Notes: generated by a model from the sequence alone, not told the origin. 64,000 bases of DNA from Oligoflexales bacterium (GCA_965215515.1 OZ244057.1:160001-224000), one strand, 5' to 3'; counted from the stretch's first letter, positions 40,480-51,132 are shown. Translations and numbers: made by a program.

Positions 40480-41508
40480 TTGCTCTTTTTTAGAGTTTTT
40501 CTACGCCGCTGCCGTGCACTGACCCGCAGTTATCGCGTGGGATTTGTGGTGCTGTCGGTATTTATTTTTTCCTATGCCACGCTCGGCTTCTACCTGCTCG
40601 AGCGCCAGATCGATACCACCGTCAGCTTGCGTGATGCACTGTGGTGGGCAATCGTTACCATGACCACCGTCGGTTATGGTGACATCACGCCGCGTTCGGA
40701 ACTCACGCGGATGCTGGTCGGCTACCCTACAATTCTGCTGGGAGTGGGCTTTATCGGCTATGTGTTGTCCGACATTTCGACAAAATTAATCGAAGTAAAC
40801 CGCACCAAAAGAAGAGGACTGAGAAAAATGCAGGATCGCAACCATCTCGTCATCGTCAGATACGTCGGCGAAGAAAGAATCAACAGCATTATCAACGAAC
40901 TGAACAAAGACCGTGCGCATCATTACGATCACATCGTGCTGATCGATGATCGGGCTAGAGAAATCAGTAATCTCGCCGTGCATTTCATCTTCGGCGACCC
41001 CGCCCTACCCGAAACACTGTTCAAGGCCAACGTGCAGCACGCCAACGCCGTTATCGTCTTGCGCCAGCCCGAACTGAAAGAATCCGAATCAGATCTCAAA
41101 AACATCGCCGCGGTGCTCGCTATCCGTGCCGTCGCCCCGTCAGTACCTATAATCGTCGAATGTGCCGACCCCGCTTACCAGGGGTTACTCAGCAAAGCAG
41201 GTAGTACACACACCGTATGTCTGGAAGGCATGCGAGAGAAAATCATCGTGCAAGAACTACTCGACCCTGGCGTACTGTCGGTCATGCACGAACTCACCAC
41301 CAACTTAAGCGGCAACCAACTCTACATCGTCAAAACTCCTCCCCAAGCACGCATCTGGCGAGATGTCAAACAACACTACCGCGATGCTTGTCTGCTAGGT
41401 ATCCGTCGAGGCAAAGCCAACCACCTTGCCCCACGCGAAACCTTTGCGCTCAGCGCTGATGATCGTGTTGTCTGTATCGCCGCCGAACGTCCTGCCAGTG
41501 GGGCGTGA
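40480..41508 (+). CDS. Potassium channel with RCK domain
   Basis: TMTTVGYGD selectivity filter; TrkA-N/C-like C-terminus. Confidence 0.9.
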   Translation: MLFFRVFLRRCRALTRSYRVGFVVLSVFIFSYATLGFYLLERQIDTTVSLRDALWWAIVTMTTVGYGDITPRSELTRMLVGYPTILLGVGFIGYVLSDISTKLIEVNRTKRRGLRKMQDRNHLVIVRYVGEERINSIINELNKDRAHHYDHIVLIDDRAREISNLAVHFIFGDPALPETLFKANVQHANAVIVLRQPELKESESDLKNIAAVLAIRAVAPSVPIIVECADPAYQGLLSKAGSTHTVCLEGMREKIIVQELLDPGVLSVMHELTTNLSGNQLYIVKTPPQARIWRDVKQHYRDACLLGIRRGKANHLAPRETFALSADDRVVCIAAERPASGA

Positions 41509-41585
41509 TTTTTTTAGCGCAGAACTTCAGATAGTGGTAGGATGGGGAACAAGACAGATTCTCCGCACCCTATGTAGAGTTGCAC

Positions 41586-42245
41586 ATGTCGCCCACGGCG
41601 CACACTGTCATAGGCATCGACCCTGGTACACGTAGCACAGGGTATGCGATAGTCGTCAAAGATAACCGCCGTCCGCTGCAAGCCAGAGTAGAGGAAATCG
41701 GCGTGTTGCGGCAACTGAGCAACACTTCCCTGCCACGTCGCCTCGCCCGCATCGCTAGCTTGGTAACCGAACTGACACACCGCCACCAACCGCATGCCGC
41801 GGCTATCGAAAAGGCTTTCTTCGGGATCAACGCTGCCAGCGCGCTCAAACTCGGCGAGGCACGCGGGGCTATTATCACCGCGCTCAGCAACATCTTGCCT
41901 GAGATTAAACTCATCGAGGTTGCTCCCGCCCAAGTCAAAAAACTGGTCGCAGGCAACGGCAATGCCTCCAAAGCACAGGTGGCCACAGCCCTCAGCAAGA
42001 TGCTCAGATACAACCTCGACCGTGTGCCTGACGATGCCAGCGACGCATTGGCACTGGCTTTCTGCTACCATCTCACGTCGTTATCACCGCACCCTGTCCA
42101 TAGCGCTAGCAGTGCTGCCGCCAAACACGGATCTGCTCGACTACCCAGTGTGGGTCGTCCGAAGAGAGATCGTGTCCCGCAGTCATGTGTTCCTGTAAAG
42201 GGATTTGCCATGCTGCCGCGATCTGATCAGAGCAACGGGAGTTGA
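41586..42245 (+). CDS. ruvC: Holliday junction resolvase
   Basis: GIDPG, AIEKAF, LGEARG, GNGNASKAQV, DASDALA. Confidence 0.93.
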   Translation: MSPTAHTVIGIDPGTRSTGYAIVVKDNRRPLQARVEEIGVLRQLSNTSLPRRLARIASLVTELTHRHQPHAAAIEKAFFGINAASALKLGEARGAIITALSNILPEIKLIEVAPAQVKKLVAGNGNASKAQVATALSKMLRYNLDRVPDDASDALALAFCYHLTSLSPHPVHSASSAAAKHGSARLPSVGRPKRDRVPQSCVPVKGFAMLPRSDQSNGS

Positions 42246-42882
42246 TCAGGCGATCGTGCCGCGCTTTCAAAAGCAACGTGTGTGCGAAAGGCGAATATTG
42301 CGGGGCACTGAACGATGCCGCCGAGAGCAGCATGCGGGCATAGTTACCGCTTGTCACAGGGCGACGCTGTTGAATATCGATCCAGCGCGGCAGCAAACGA
42401 TCCCGCACGACAGGCTCGTTGCTGACCAGTTCCAGTATCTTGCGCTCCCGCTGCACAACGTGTTCAAGACGACGCGGAGCGATCATCGCCAACAAATTGC
42501 GCAATCGCAAGCGATCGTAGAAACGATTGATCCCTGGCAAGGAAGTGTTGATCAATACCGCCCCTCGAAATTCGTCGGGATACCGCTGTGCCCAAGCGAC
42601 TGCGATCATCCCTCCCAAGGACAAGCCGATAAAATAACACGGGCGTTGCTCCAGCTCGCCCTGTTGTCGGTAGGCGAGGTAGTCAGCACGCACCGCTTCC
42701 ACTGTCTTGCCAATCAGCACAGGACTCTGTTCCTGCCAGCGCGGGCCGCAACCTGGCTGATCGAGGCAGAAGAGACGATCCGCGGGGAATGCTTCCCGCA
42801 ACAGCGGCAACATGTCGTGCCAATGCCCGCTTTCACGACCGAGACCACGCAGCAAGAACCAGTTGATATCAGTCGTCGGCAA
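42106..42882 (-). CDS. Alpha/beta hydrolase
   Basis: LLRGLGRESGHW, GLSLGG nucleophile elbow, GHDL; TTG start inferred. Confidence 0.88.
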   Translation of the reverse strand: MPTTDINWFLLRGLGRESGHWHDMLPLLREAFPADRLFCLDQPGCGPRWQEQSPVLIGKTVEAVRADYLAYRQQGELEQRPCYFIGLSLGGMIAVAWAQRYPDEFRGAVLINTSLPGINRFYDRLRLRNLLAMIAPRRLEHVVQRERKILELVSNEPVVRDRLLPRWIDIQQRRPVTSGNYARMLLSAASFSAPQYSPFAHTLLLKARHDRLINSRCSDQIAAAWQIPLQEHMTAGHDLSSDDPHWVVEQIRVWRQHC

Positions 42883-43660
42883 AATACCTACCCTCGATGC
42901 GTTGTTGTGCGATGGCTGCCAGCGTATTCTTGCTCTTCCCCTCCGCATGCAGCTCAGGCAGAATAGTGATCCGCGCCCGCACACTCCGTAACGACAAAAT
43001 GAGCACGAGATGGGAAAAAAATCCCATGTTGTTATACCAATAAAGTGAATCGCGATTGTCGGGCGTAATATTCTTCTCGTCGATCTGCAAATACTGTAAG
43101 CAGACAGGCAGGACGGTCGCCTTCTCGTTGACGGCCACTTGGAAAAAAGAAGTTTTGAAACGCAGAATTTTTTCGCCCTCAGTCGATGTGCCTTCGGGAA
43201 AAAATACCACATTGCAGCCGAGTTGCAGATACTGACCGATGTCGGTTATTTCTTGCTTGATGTTGAATTTGTTGCGCCGTTCGACGAAATAACACCCGCT
43301 TAAACGACACAGCGGGCCGAGGGTTTTGTTCTCACGCACCTCTCTCGAAGTCACAAACACACCGCGCAGTGCGTTGAACAACACCAGCGGGTCGATGTAG
43401 GATACGTGGTTACTGACAACCAGAAAACTGCGTTCAGCAGGCACTTTGCCTTCTACCTGTACTTCCAAATTGAGTAAACCGAGAGCGGTGCGACCCAAAA
43501 AACTGTTGATGGCTACCACCGTGTGCAAGCGTCGAGCACGTTGCTTGCGCCACCACAAGTGGGCAACGCCAGCCGCCAACACATAACAACCGATCACCGC
43601 CAGCAGTAGAGGCATCCTGTAGAGCAATCGCCCGATGTTGATCCCGCCTGCGGCAGCCAT
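42869..43660 (-). CDS. Lysophospholipid acyltransferase (PlsC family)
   Basis: NHVSYID, FFPEGT. Confidence 0.92.
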   Translation of the reverse strand: MAAAGGINIGRLLYRMPLLLAVIGCYVLAAGVAHLWWRKQRARRLHTVVAINSFLGRTALGLLNLEVQVEGKVPAERSFLVVSNHVSYIDPLVLFNALRGVFVTSREVRENKTLGPLCRLSGCYFVERRNKFNIKQEITDIGQYLQLGCNVVFFPEGTSTEGEKILRFKTSFFQVAVNEKATVLPVCLQYLQIDEKNITPDNRDSLYWYNNMGFFSHLVLILSLRSVRARITILPELHAEGKSKNTLAAIAQQRIEGRYFADD

Positions 43661-43666
43661 CGGCGC

Positions 43667-44350
43667 TCAATCCTTCAGTGCCATGATTTCTTCGCAGACG
43701 GAAGAAGTCAGATCAGCGATACGATCGTAGTGCCGCGACACTGCGAACAGGTAAAACATCATGCCTGTATCCTCAGGGTGTGCCACGATAGCGCGATCGG
43801 TCGCTTCTTTCATCTGGCGTTTAATCGACGTAACCTCAGCGTTAGCTTGCTTGATTTTGTCGTGCGACACGGCATGCGTGTCGGTGATCAGCGTGCGGCA
43901 ATCGCCGAGCATCTCCCCCACCTGTTCGATTTGTGCGGCCATCGTGTCACGATCGAGTGGCTGGTGCACATCCGCCTCCCGCACTACCTTCAATGTTTTG
44001 CGGGCGATGTTCACCGCCAGCCCCGCGATACGGTTAAAGTCGTAGCTGATGCGGTACAGCAGCATGATGTCGTGCAGATCACGTGCTACAGGCTGGTAGC
44101 GAGCAATAGCGACGCAGCACTCTTCCTGAAACACGGCTATCTCCCGCGCCATCCCCGCGTGCGAGGCTACTATCAGCTGTGCTCCCTCGTCGTCTAGGGA
44201 GAGGAAGGCATGCCCTGCCGCCATCGTTTCGTCACGCAGATGCAGCACCAACATGCCGAGCGTTGCCCGCAAATGTGCAATCTTTGCAACTACATCAACC
44301 GCCATGCTGCTCCACGTGTCGCCCCTCCCCATTATACAGCAGGCATCCAC
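43667..44350 (-). CDS. phoU: PhoU-family phosphate signalling protein
   Basis: ARYQPVARDL, RIAGLAVNIA, DRIADL. Confidence 0.8.
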   Translation of the reverse strand: MDACCIMGRGDTWSSMAVDVVAKIAHLRATLGMLVLHLRDETMAAGHAFLSLDDEGAQLIVASHAGMAREIAVFQEECCVAIARYQPVARDLHDIMLLYRISYDFNRIAGLAVNIARKTLKVVREADVHQPLDRDTMAAQIEQVGEMLGDCRTLITDTHAVSHDKIKQANAEVTSIKRQMKEATDRAIVAHPEDTGMMFYLFAVSRHYDRIADLTSSVCEEIMALKD

Positions 44351-44441
44351 CTCCCTTCAAACTCAAACGACACATCGCCGAGCTGGCCGTCGCTAGCCTG
44401 AAAAAGCGTGGTTAGAGGAGAGGCGGTTAAGATCTGTCGTT

Positions 44442-45452
44442 CTAATTCTCCAACTCACGGCGATACTCACCGCGGGTGGCGAGACTGTTCATCCGACAAC
44501 GGTGCAGGAAAATGCGTTGTGCCTCCTCGATGTTTTTGCTTTTACCTTTCCACGCTCGCAAGGCACTGTGTTGCAAGGCACGCCCGTAAGAAAAACTCAG
44601 GTGCCACGGCAAAGCAGTCCCACTGTTCATGGCATTGAGATGGGCGGTGGCAATTTGCTCGCTCTGTCCACCCGAAAGGAACACGATCCCTGGCAAACTC
44701 GCAGGCACGCAGCGCCGTAGACAGTCAAGGGTATTGTCTGCCACCGCGGCAACGTCCTGCTGGCGCGGACAGTCTTGTGCCGCGATAATCATGTTGGGCT
44801 TGAGCAACGTACCTTCCAGCACGACCCGCTGTTGATGGAGCTGGGTGAAAGTAGCTTGCAACACTTGTGCGGTAACTACCGCGCAGCGTTCGATGTTGTG
44901 CTTACCGTCCATCAGCACCTCTGGTTCGACGATGGGCACAAGCCCCTGCTCCTGGCAGAGGGCGGCGTAACGAGCAAGTGCGTGCGCATTGGCATTGATG
45001 CAGGTAGCGCTAGGCAAAGCATTGTCGGCAATAGTGATTACCGCCCGCCACTTGGCAAAGCGTGCACCCAGCTCACGGTACTCCTGCAACCGTTCCCGCA
45101 GATCATCGAGCCCTTCGGTAATTTTCTCGTCAGGGCATAGTGCCAGCGATTTTGCTCCTGTATCGACCTTGATGCCAGGCACAATCCCTTTGGCAAGCAG
45201 GAGATCAACCAACTTCCTGCCTCCAGCACCCTTCTGTCTGATGGTCTCATCGAACAGAATCACACCGCTGAGATACTCCTCGATACCCGCAGTAGCAAAC
45301 AGCAACTCACGGTAGGCCGCACGATTTTCTTCCGTCGAAGGTAACTCGATACTCTGGAAACGCTTGGCAATAGTGTTGGAACTCTCATCCGCAGCAAGAA
45401 TCCCTTTCCCTTCCCTTACCAACTCCTGTGCGGTCGCATAAAGTGCCTGCAT
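44442..45452 (-). CDS. Class I fructose-bisphosphate aldolase
   Basis: GKGILAADES, FAKWR, PIVEPEV, LLKPNM, FLSGGQS, SYGRALQ. Confidence 0.96.
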   Translation of the reverse strand: MQALYATAQELVREGKGILAADESSNTIAKRFQSIELPSTEENRAAYRELLFATAGIEEYLSGVILFDETIRQKGAGGRKLVDLLLAKGIVPGIKVDTGAKSLALCPDEKITEGLDDLRERLQEYRELGARFAKWRAVITIADNALPSATCINANAHALARYAALCQEQGLVPIVEPEVLMDGKHNIERCAVVTAQVLQATFTQLHQQRVVLEGTLLKPNMIIAAQDCPRQQDVAAVADNTLDCLRRCVPASLPGIVFLSGGQSEQIATAHLNAMNSGTALPWHLSFSYGRALQHSALRAWKGKSKNIEEAQRIFLHRCRMNSLATRGEYRRELEN

Positions 45453-45558
45453 GCCTTCTCCTCGTAGTAGTTATCGCCGCGGTATGCTATTTGTTCTGCT
45501 GCTGAAATTCAAGCGCTGTGATAGAATAGGGAAAAGGAGCATCACCTAGGAACAAAGA

Positions 45559-46563
45559 TTGTTGCGCTGCCTGCTAATTCCGCTACTGCTAGCTACTCCG
45601 CTCACCACCGCGCCGAAAAAACTCGCAGTGCTCAAACAAGATACCGACATCACAGCACAAAAGATCAGCGCACGAGAGATTTTCTTCACCTCACACCAAA
45701 AACAAACGTTGGGGCAAGACACGCCACTACGTGACCTCATCCTGAGTCAACGCTATCTGTGGTTGCTGGGACGCAAGTACGCCTGGCACTTCGACCTGCG
45801 CAGTCAACGCCTGCGTAGATTCACCTTCCCGCTATCCGCACAGGCCTTCGCGCACACTTTCCTGGCGAGAGAAGAGCACACACACAATGTCTACTTCGCC
45901 ACAACACAAGCCTTGTTCAAACTGCACGCCGAACCACAACCACGACTAGTCAAACGCTTGCCGCAACCCCTGCACAAAGTAGTGGCCTTCCACGCCACCT
46001 CTGAAGCTTTCGTGTGGTTCAGTGAGGAGGGGGTATACTTTCTGCAACGCCCCACCCACAAGCTGTGGCGTGTACCGTATCGAGTGCAAGAAGGAGACGT
46101 GGTACTGGCCGCACCGCAACTCGATGCCATTTGGCTGGTACGCGGCAAGCACCTGCTGCGCGCAGCAGGGGAACAATGGCGAGAAGAAATTATCCTTACC
46201 GCACCCGACCTCACACTGGACAGTGCAGGCAAAAGCCTGTTTATCGGGCGCGGCGACGCAGTGTTGCACTACGCATGGAGCGGACACCTGACCCAAGCAA
46301 TCCCCATCGCCCATCAACGTCACCTGCGCGCGATGCACATCGCCCCACGCGGGCACAGCTATATCTTCGCCGACGGTCTGCTCGAATACTACCACACACA
46401 AAACAAAACCGTGCTGCGCACCCGTCTCAAACTGCACCCCCAAACACAAATCGCACACCTCGACGTTTTCAACAGCCGACTGGCATTCATCGACGATGGC
46501 ATGGCACGCCTCTTCGTTTTGCAGAACAAGCGAAACAAGAAAAAGACAGAAGGAAAAGAATAA
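45559..46563 (+). CDS. Hypothetical exported protein, beta-propeller-like
   Basis: Signal peptide; repeated LW-x-x / aromatic beta-strand pattern. Confidence 0.65.
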   Translation: MLRCLLIPLLLATPLTTAPKKLAVLKQDTDITAQKISAREIFFTSHQKQTLGQDTPLRDLILSQRYLWLLGRKYAWHFDLRSQRLRRFTFPLSAQAFAHTFLAREEHTHNVYFATTQALFKLHAEPQPRLVKRLPQPLHKVVAFHATSEAFVWFSEEGVYFLQRPTHKLWRVPYRVQEGDVVLAAPQLDAIWLVRGKHLLRAAGEQWREEIILTAPDLTLDSAGKSLFIGRGDAVLHYAWSGHLTQAIPIAHQRHLRAMHIAPRGHSYIFADGLLEYYHTQNKTVLRTRLKLHPQTQIAHLDVFNSRLAFIDDGMARLFVLQNKRNKKKTEGKE

Positions 46564-46657
46564 GAGGGGGGGGAAGATGGGAAGGCAGAACTTGCCAAGC
46601 AATGAACATACGTGCATAATGTTGTAAGAGTGGATTGTTTTAAACATGGAGTAAGTT

Positions 46658-47242
46658 ATGAGACTAACGGTTGCCTCCTTCGTCCTGGCCTTTCTTACCA
46701 CCCCCCTAGCGGCAGCTAAAGCGTGGCAAATCGACACAGCACATTCCAGTGCCAGTTTTCGAGTGCGACACATGGTGGTTGCCACCGTTACGGGTAAAAT
46801 GTCAGGGATCATGGGCACGGTAACAATCGACGACAAAGACATCACCAAATCCAGCGTCACGGCTGAGATGGATGCCGCGACAATCTGGACAGATAACAAA
46901 AAACGAGATGACCACCTGCGCAACGAGGATTTTCTCCACGTTAAAAAGTTTCCTAAAATCCGTTTCAAATCAACCGCAGTAAAAAAAACTGGCAAAGCAC
47001 AACTAGAAGTTACAGGTAACCTGACCATCAAAGACATCACACGCCAAGTTGTTCTCAAAGTTGAAGGACCCACGCAAGCGATCAAAGGTATGCGCGGTCA
47101 CATGCACAAAGGCGTGCGTGCCGACGTGACCATCAACCGCCAAGACTTCAACGTCAAATTCATGAAAAAACTACCGACAGGCGGGCTGATCGTAGGCAAC
47201 GATGTGCAAATTACCCTCGACCTGGAGCTGCTCAGCAAATAG
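46658..47242 (+). CDS. YceI-family lipid/polyisoprenoid-binding protein
   Basis: WQIDTAHSS..F.VRHM, RDDHLR, GNLTIKD. Confidence 0.93.
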   Translation: MRLTVASFVLAFLTTPLAAAKAWQIDTAHSSASFRVRHMVVATVTGKMSGIMGTVTIDDKDITKSSVTAEMDAATIWTDNKKRDDHLRNEDFLHVKKFPKIRFKSTAVKKTGKAQLEVTGNLTIKDITRQVVLKVEGPTQAIKGMRGHMHKGVRADVTINRQDFNVKFMKKLPTGGLIVGNDVQITLDLELLSK

Positions 47243-47337
47243 AGCTGCAACCCCACGAAGGCGAGGTTGCACCGCACTCTCACTCCCTTTCGCCTTGCCG
47301 CATCCTGTGATGATTTTCCGTGCGGCACGGTAGTGCT

Positions 47338-48075
47338 TCAGAACTGCAACGCGGCCGCTTCCTGTGCCAGGGTCGCCAATGATTGTGCTGAACTGGTACT
47401 GCTACGCTGGAAATACTTTGTCGTCGCGGCGGCGGTCGTTGCCCCGAGCGCGACGGCGTGGAAGTTTGCGTCCCACGCGGCATGTTCAGGTCGAAAGGCG
47501 CGGTAAAAACCTTCCACTGTCGCGGGCGAGGCAAAACAGATGACGTGTTTGCTGCTTACCAAGTTTTTTCTCTGTTCTTTACTGATCGTTTCACCTGAAG
47601 GCCAAGCGACACGATGGCGGGTGCGGTAGAGCACTAGCTCGGTCACGACAAAACACTCGCCTAGCACCTGTGCGAGAGGAAACGCAGGTTGTTGCGCTGC
47701 CAAGACGGTGATGCGAGCCGCCGCTGGCAGGGTTTGCTGCAGATGGGTCGCCAGCTGCGCGGCAGAAGCCAGTGTCGCAGGTAGGGATGTGGTTCGATAG
47801 CCACAGGAATCAGCCTTCTCACGTGTCTTGGGGCCGAAACAGATGAAGATCGCCTGGGCGTATTTTTCGCGCCCGCGCGGAAGCTGCTCCAGCGCGGTGA
47901 TAGCATTGGCACTGGTGGCCACGACGTAAGAAAATTCCCCCTCAGGCAAGGAAGGCTGTAAAAATTCCACCGCTAGACAGGGAATATGGATCACCTTGCG
48001 CACGTGATGCGGCAACAGCAAAGCATCGTCATCCCAGTCGGCAACCGAACGCGTCCAAATCAAAGGAGAAAGCAT
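47338..48075 (-). CDS. hemD: Uroporphyrinogen-III synthase
   Basis: TSANA, GPKT, LYRT, FASPATV, LGATT. Confidence 0.8.
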   Translation of the reverse strand: MLSPLIWTRSVADWDDDALLLPHHVRKVIHIPCLAVEFLQPSLPEGEFSYVVATSANAITALEQLPRGREKYAQAIFICFGPKTREKADSCGYRTTSLPATLASAAQLATHLQQTLPAAARITVLAAQQPAFPLAQVLGECFVVTELVLYRTRHRVAWPSGETISKEQRKNLVSSKHVICFASPATVEGFYRAFRPEHAAWDANFHAVALGATTAAATTKYFQRSSTSSAQSLATLAQEAAALQF

Positions 48076-48150
48076 GGCAAACCTCTGTTATTCCCTTTCT
48101 ACTTATGCTAGCCTCGGCGCAGCCTGTGTTTAGGTAACACATAGAACACA

Positions 48151-49170
48151 ATGTTTGAAGAACTTCTGCATGAATTCATCGCAACAGCTTCTCTGCCCGT
48201 CGTCTTGCTGCTGTTGGTTGGCTCGGTGCTGTTGTTGGGGAAAGCAGCTGACCAGGCGATAGATTTTGCCGTCAAGCTCGCTCAGGCGACTGGTTTGTCA
48301 AATGTCGTTATCGGCGCAACAATTGTCAGTCTAGGCACAACCTTCCCCGAAGCAGCGGTATCTGTCCTGGCAGCGGTGAAAGGTGACGCGGGTCTGGCCT
48401 TAGGCAACGCGGTCGGCTCGATTATCTGCGACACAGGCCTGATTATGGGCTTGACCTGTCTGCTCGGACGTGTGCCGATCGACAAGTTTACCGTGCGCCG
48501 CAAAGGTATCGTACAGCTGCTCGCGGTGCTGTTACTGGTGCTGCTGGCCATGCCGTGGCAATCACCGCAGCAGTTTGCTAACTGGCAAGGAGTGGTCACA
48601 CAGCGGGAAGGTTTTCTGCTGGTGGCACTGCTCGTCGTGTACCTCGTCTGGTCACTATATGCACACAGCAAAGAACAACACAAGCAAGCGGCATCGGTGG
48701 CCAACCGCACGACCATCACCCTCGCACTGGTTGCCATGCTCCTGTTGGTGGTCATCGCGTCGGAAATCCTTATCGCTTCCAGTGTAGAATTCGCCCGCCG
48801 CCTGGCCGTCCCCGAAGCGATTATCGCTGCCACTATCGTTGCCTTCGGCACATCCCTACCCGAACTGATGACCGCGCTCAGTGCCGTGCGCCGCAACGTC
48901 TGCGATCTTGCACTGGGTAACGTGCTCGGGGCAGATATTCTCAACGTGTTGTTTGTGGCAGGTGTTGCCGCTAGCGTCAGCCCCGCAGGACTACAAGCTG
49001 AACACTATTTTTTTACCCACCTATTCCCCGCCATGCTCGTCGTCGTGCTGGTGTTGCAATACGGGCTGCACAGTGCCGCGCACCGCGGCACGCACCTCAG
49101 CCGCAGACACGGTGTCGTGTTGCTCGGAACTTACGGAGCATTTATCGGCATGCAACTGCTAGGGAGATAA
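48151..49170 (+). CDS. Ca2+/Na+ antiporter (YrbG family)
   Basis: Duplicated alpha repeats GTTFPE / GTSLPE, GNAVGS / GNVLGA. Confidence 0.92.
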   Translation: MFEELLHEFIATASLPVVLLLLVGSVLLLGKAADQAIDFAVKLAQATGLSNVVIGATIVSLGTTFPEAAVSVLAAVKGDAGLALGNAVGSIICDTGLIMGLTCLLGRVPIDKFTVRRKGIVQLLAVLLLVLLAMPWQSPQQFANWQGVVTQREGFLLVALLVVYLVWSLYAHSKEQHKQAASVANRTTITLALVAMLLLVVIASEILIASSVEFARRLAVPEAIIAATIVAFGTSLPELMTALSAVRRNVCDLALGNVLGADILNVLFVAGVAASVSPAGLQAEHYFFTHLFPAMLVVVLVLQYGLHSAAHRGTHLSRRHGVVLLGTYGAFIGMQLLGR

Positions 49171-49318
49171 GGGGTGACCCAAGTAGCGCACCCTATCCTC
49201 ACCTGACAAAAAACACCTGACTAGGTGGCTGGCAACTGTGTTGAGCAACAAAAACATTGCGCCGTGCGGCAACTTCAGCTATTGTCGGCGGCTGTGGTTC
49301 TGGAGCACGGAGATGTAA

Positions 49319-49642
49319 GTGGCTGTCATAAGGAGGGATAGGGAGTCGTCATCTCTGGAGCTGGTGGAGGCGCTGCGGAAGTTCGCTCCTTTGCTGGAAG
49401 AACAGGGTGAGGACGATGCGGCTGCCTTTTTGTTAGGTGCAGCGGCCGCGTTAGAGAAGCATAGACATGGCAGCGAGGCGTTTGCTGCTACGATTGGAGA
49501 TGTCCTTGCAGCTTTCGAAGGCGAGGAATTTGAACTGATAGCCTACACCCTTAAGGCCAGCGATGATCGTGACTGGTCGAAGGCAGACGAACTGGCGGTT
49601 GCCAGCAACAGGGTACTTGCTCTGGCGCGGCGGCTCAGGTAA
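49319..49642 (+). CDS. Hypothetical protein
   Basis: SD GGAG with GTG start; 107-aa helical ORF. Confidence 0.6.
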   Translation: MAVIRRDRESSSLELVEALRKFAPLLEEQGEDDAAAFLLGAAAALEKHRHGSEAFAATIGDVLAAFEGEEFELIAYTLKASDDRDWSKADELAVASNRVLALARRLR

Positions 49643-49689
49643 CCCAGCCACACAACTTGATCACCACCTGCTGAAAGAGGTTAGGCTGT

Positions 49690-50640
49690 ATGCGAGATAC
49701 CGAACAATTCCTGAAAGCGTGCGCGTCACGCCGCCACCAGGAGATAAGCCGAGACTATTTTATTTACCATGCCTTTCAATACGAATTCTGCCTCCAAGCC
49801 GAGAACAGCAAAAGATTCGTGGTCATCACGCCGTGGCTGGCACAGCAGGATAGCGGTGCGGCAGATTTTCCCAGTGCCCTGCGCACGATGTGCGACTGGT
49901 ATGGGCAGCACTATCCCACCTTGTGCGAAACACAGGCTTTGACCTTTGCTCGCCTGTATTTTTTCTTGCCTGCTGTTATCAGCTTTGTGCACGAAACACA
50001 CGCATTGTGGGGGAAGCTGCACGGTGCACCACCGCCCGTCTATGACACACAGCATGATTTTTGGCGTGAACTGCTCGCGGTCGTGCGAGACAAGTATCAA
50101 CACCACGGGCTGCTAGTAGCTTGGCTACATTGGCGGTACGGGGAACGGCGAGCACCCGCGGTCGCAGTGGAGAATCTGCCCCCCAACCCTTTCGTGGAAC
50201 GGCGTACGTTTGGCCCGCCGCGTGGTGGGGAACGCCGTGACGGACGGAGTCGCGACCGCGCGGGGAGGAAAGGCGGTGCACGGCGGGAAGGAGCACCACA
50301 CAGATCTGGAGGACGTAACCAAGATCGTCCGTCGCGGCGTGGCACGGCGACACGACACGACGATCGCGGGCGCGTTGATAGTCGTCCTGCCGCGGCGAGG
50401 CACGAGCGGGGCGACAGCCGAGTCGTAGCTGAGTTGACGGACGCAATGAGCAGCGAAATAAAACAAGCCGTAGTGCTTCTGCAAAGTGACGATGGTCGTT
50501 CAGGTGTAACGCTGAAACCAGCCAACAGCTACTACCGCCGTTTGCAGCACAAGATGGTAGCTAACCTCGGCTTTACTTCCGTCTCGGTGGGCGATGATCG
50601 CGAGAGCAGGGCGGTGAAGATAGTGCGCGCTGCCCGTTAA
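49690..50640 (+). CDS. R3H-domain putative RNA-binding protein with Arg/Gly-rich linker
   Basis: LKPANSYYRRLQH...SVSVGD..RAVKI (R3H). Confidence 0.8.
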   Translation: MRDTEQFLKACASRRHQEISRDYFIYHAFQYEFCLQAENSKRFVVITPWLAQQDSGAADFPSALRTMCDWYGQHYPTLCETQALTFARLYFFLPAVISFVHETHALWGKLHGAPPPVYDTQHDFWRELLAVVRDKYQHHGLLVAWLHWRYGERRAPAVAVENLPPNPFVERRTFGPPRGGERRDGRSRDRAGRKGGARREGAPHRSGGRNQDRPSRRGTATRHDDRGRVDSRPAAARHERGDSRVVAELTDAMSSEIKQAVVLLQSDDGRSGVTLKPANSYYRRLQHKMVANLGFTSVSVGDDRESRAVKIVRAAR

Positions 50641-50679
50641 ATAGGCCTGTTTAGCTTTAACATACCAATGGATGCCCGT

Positions 50680-51132
50680 CTAAAAATCACGGAACACGAT
50701 ATACTTAGCCACGAGAAAATTAAAGGTAAACACGCTGCCTGTCGTGATGATACGAGCCCACAACAAACCTGGCAAGATAAAGTGCAGGTGCTTAAAGGCA
50801 AAAACATCCACCAGTAGGTACATGAACAGGAGATTGAGGGCAAGGGCGAGCAGCGAGGCGGTCAACTGATACCACCACGCGCGACTAGTGCTATGTCTTT
50901 GCAAATTGAAAACAAACTTGAGGCAGAGCAAGAATTTCACTCCTGTAGCAACAACTACTGCTATAGCGGTAGACAGAAGGTAATCGATGCCCAGCCAATT
51001 GATACAGATTCCGAACACCGCGAGATCAAACAGGGTAGCAACGCTGCCCGCGAGGAAATATTTACAGAAGTGCTTGATGGTCCCGCTAGTCAGACAGTAC
51101 CGCACCGCGTTGGGTAATTCAATTTTGGCCAT
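50680..51132 (-). CDS. GtrA-family membrane protein
   Basis: KYFLAG...FD, four TM helices, NFLVAKYIVF. Confidence 0.85.
   Translation of the reverse strand: MAKIELPNAVRYCLTSGTIKHFCKYFLAGSVATLFDLAVFGICINWLGIDYLLSTAIAVVVATGVKFLLCLKFVFNLQRHSTSRAWWYQLTASLLALALNLLFMYLLVDVFAFKHLHFILPGLLWARIITTGSVFTFNFLVAKYIVFRDF

Noticed and set aside
41586..42245. RuvC as a TnpB/Cas nuclease
   Set aside because: Size and motifs match the canonical Holliday junction resolvase
42883..43212. N-terminal 110 aa of the 368-aa hydrolase ORF
   Set aside because: Overlaps the acyltransferase in another frame; hydrolase homology begins at ~42882
50668..50687. TGGATGCCCGTCTAAAAA as a sixth copy of the dispersed motif
   Set aside because: Lacks the GTA core and overlaps the gtrA stop codon
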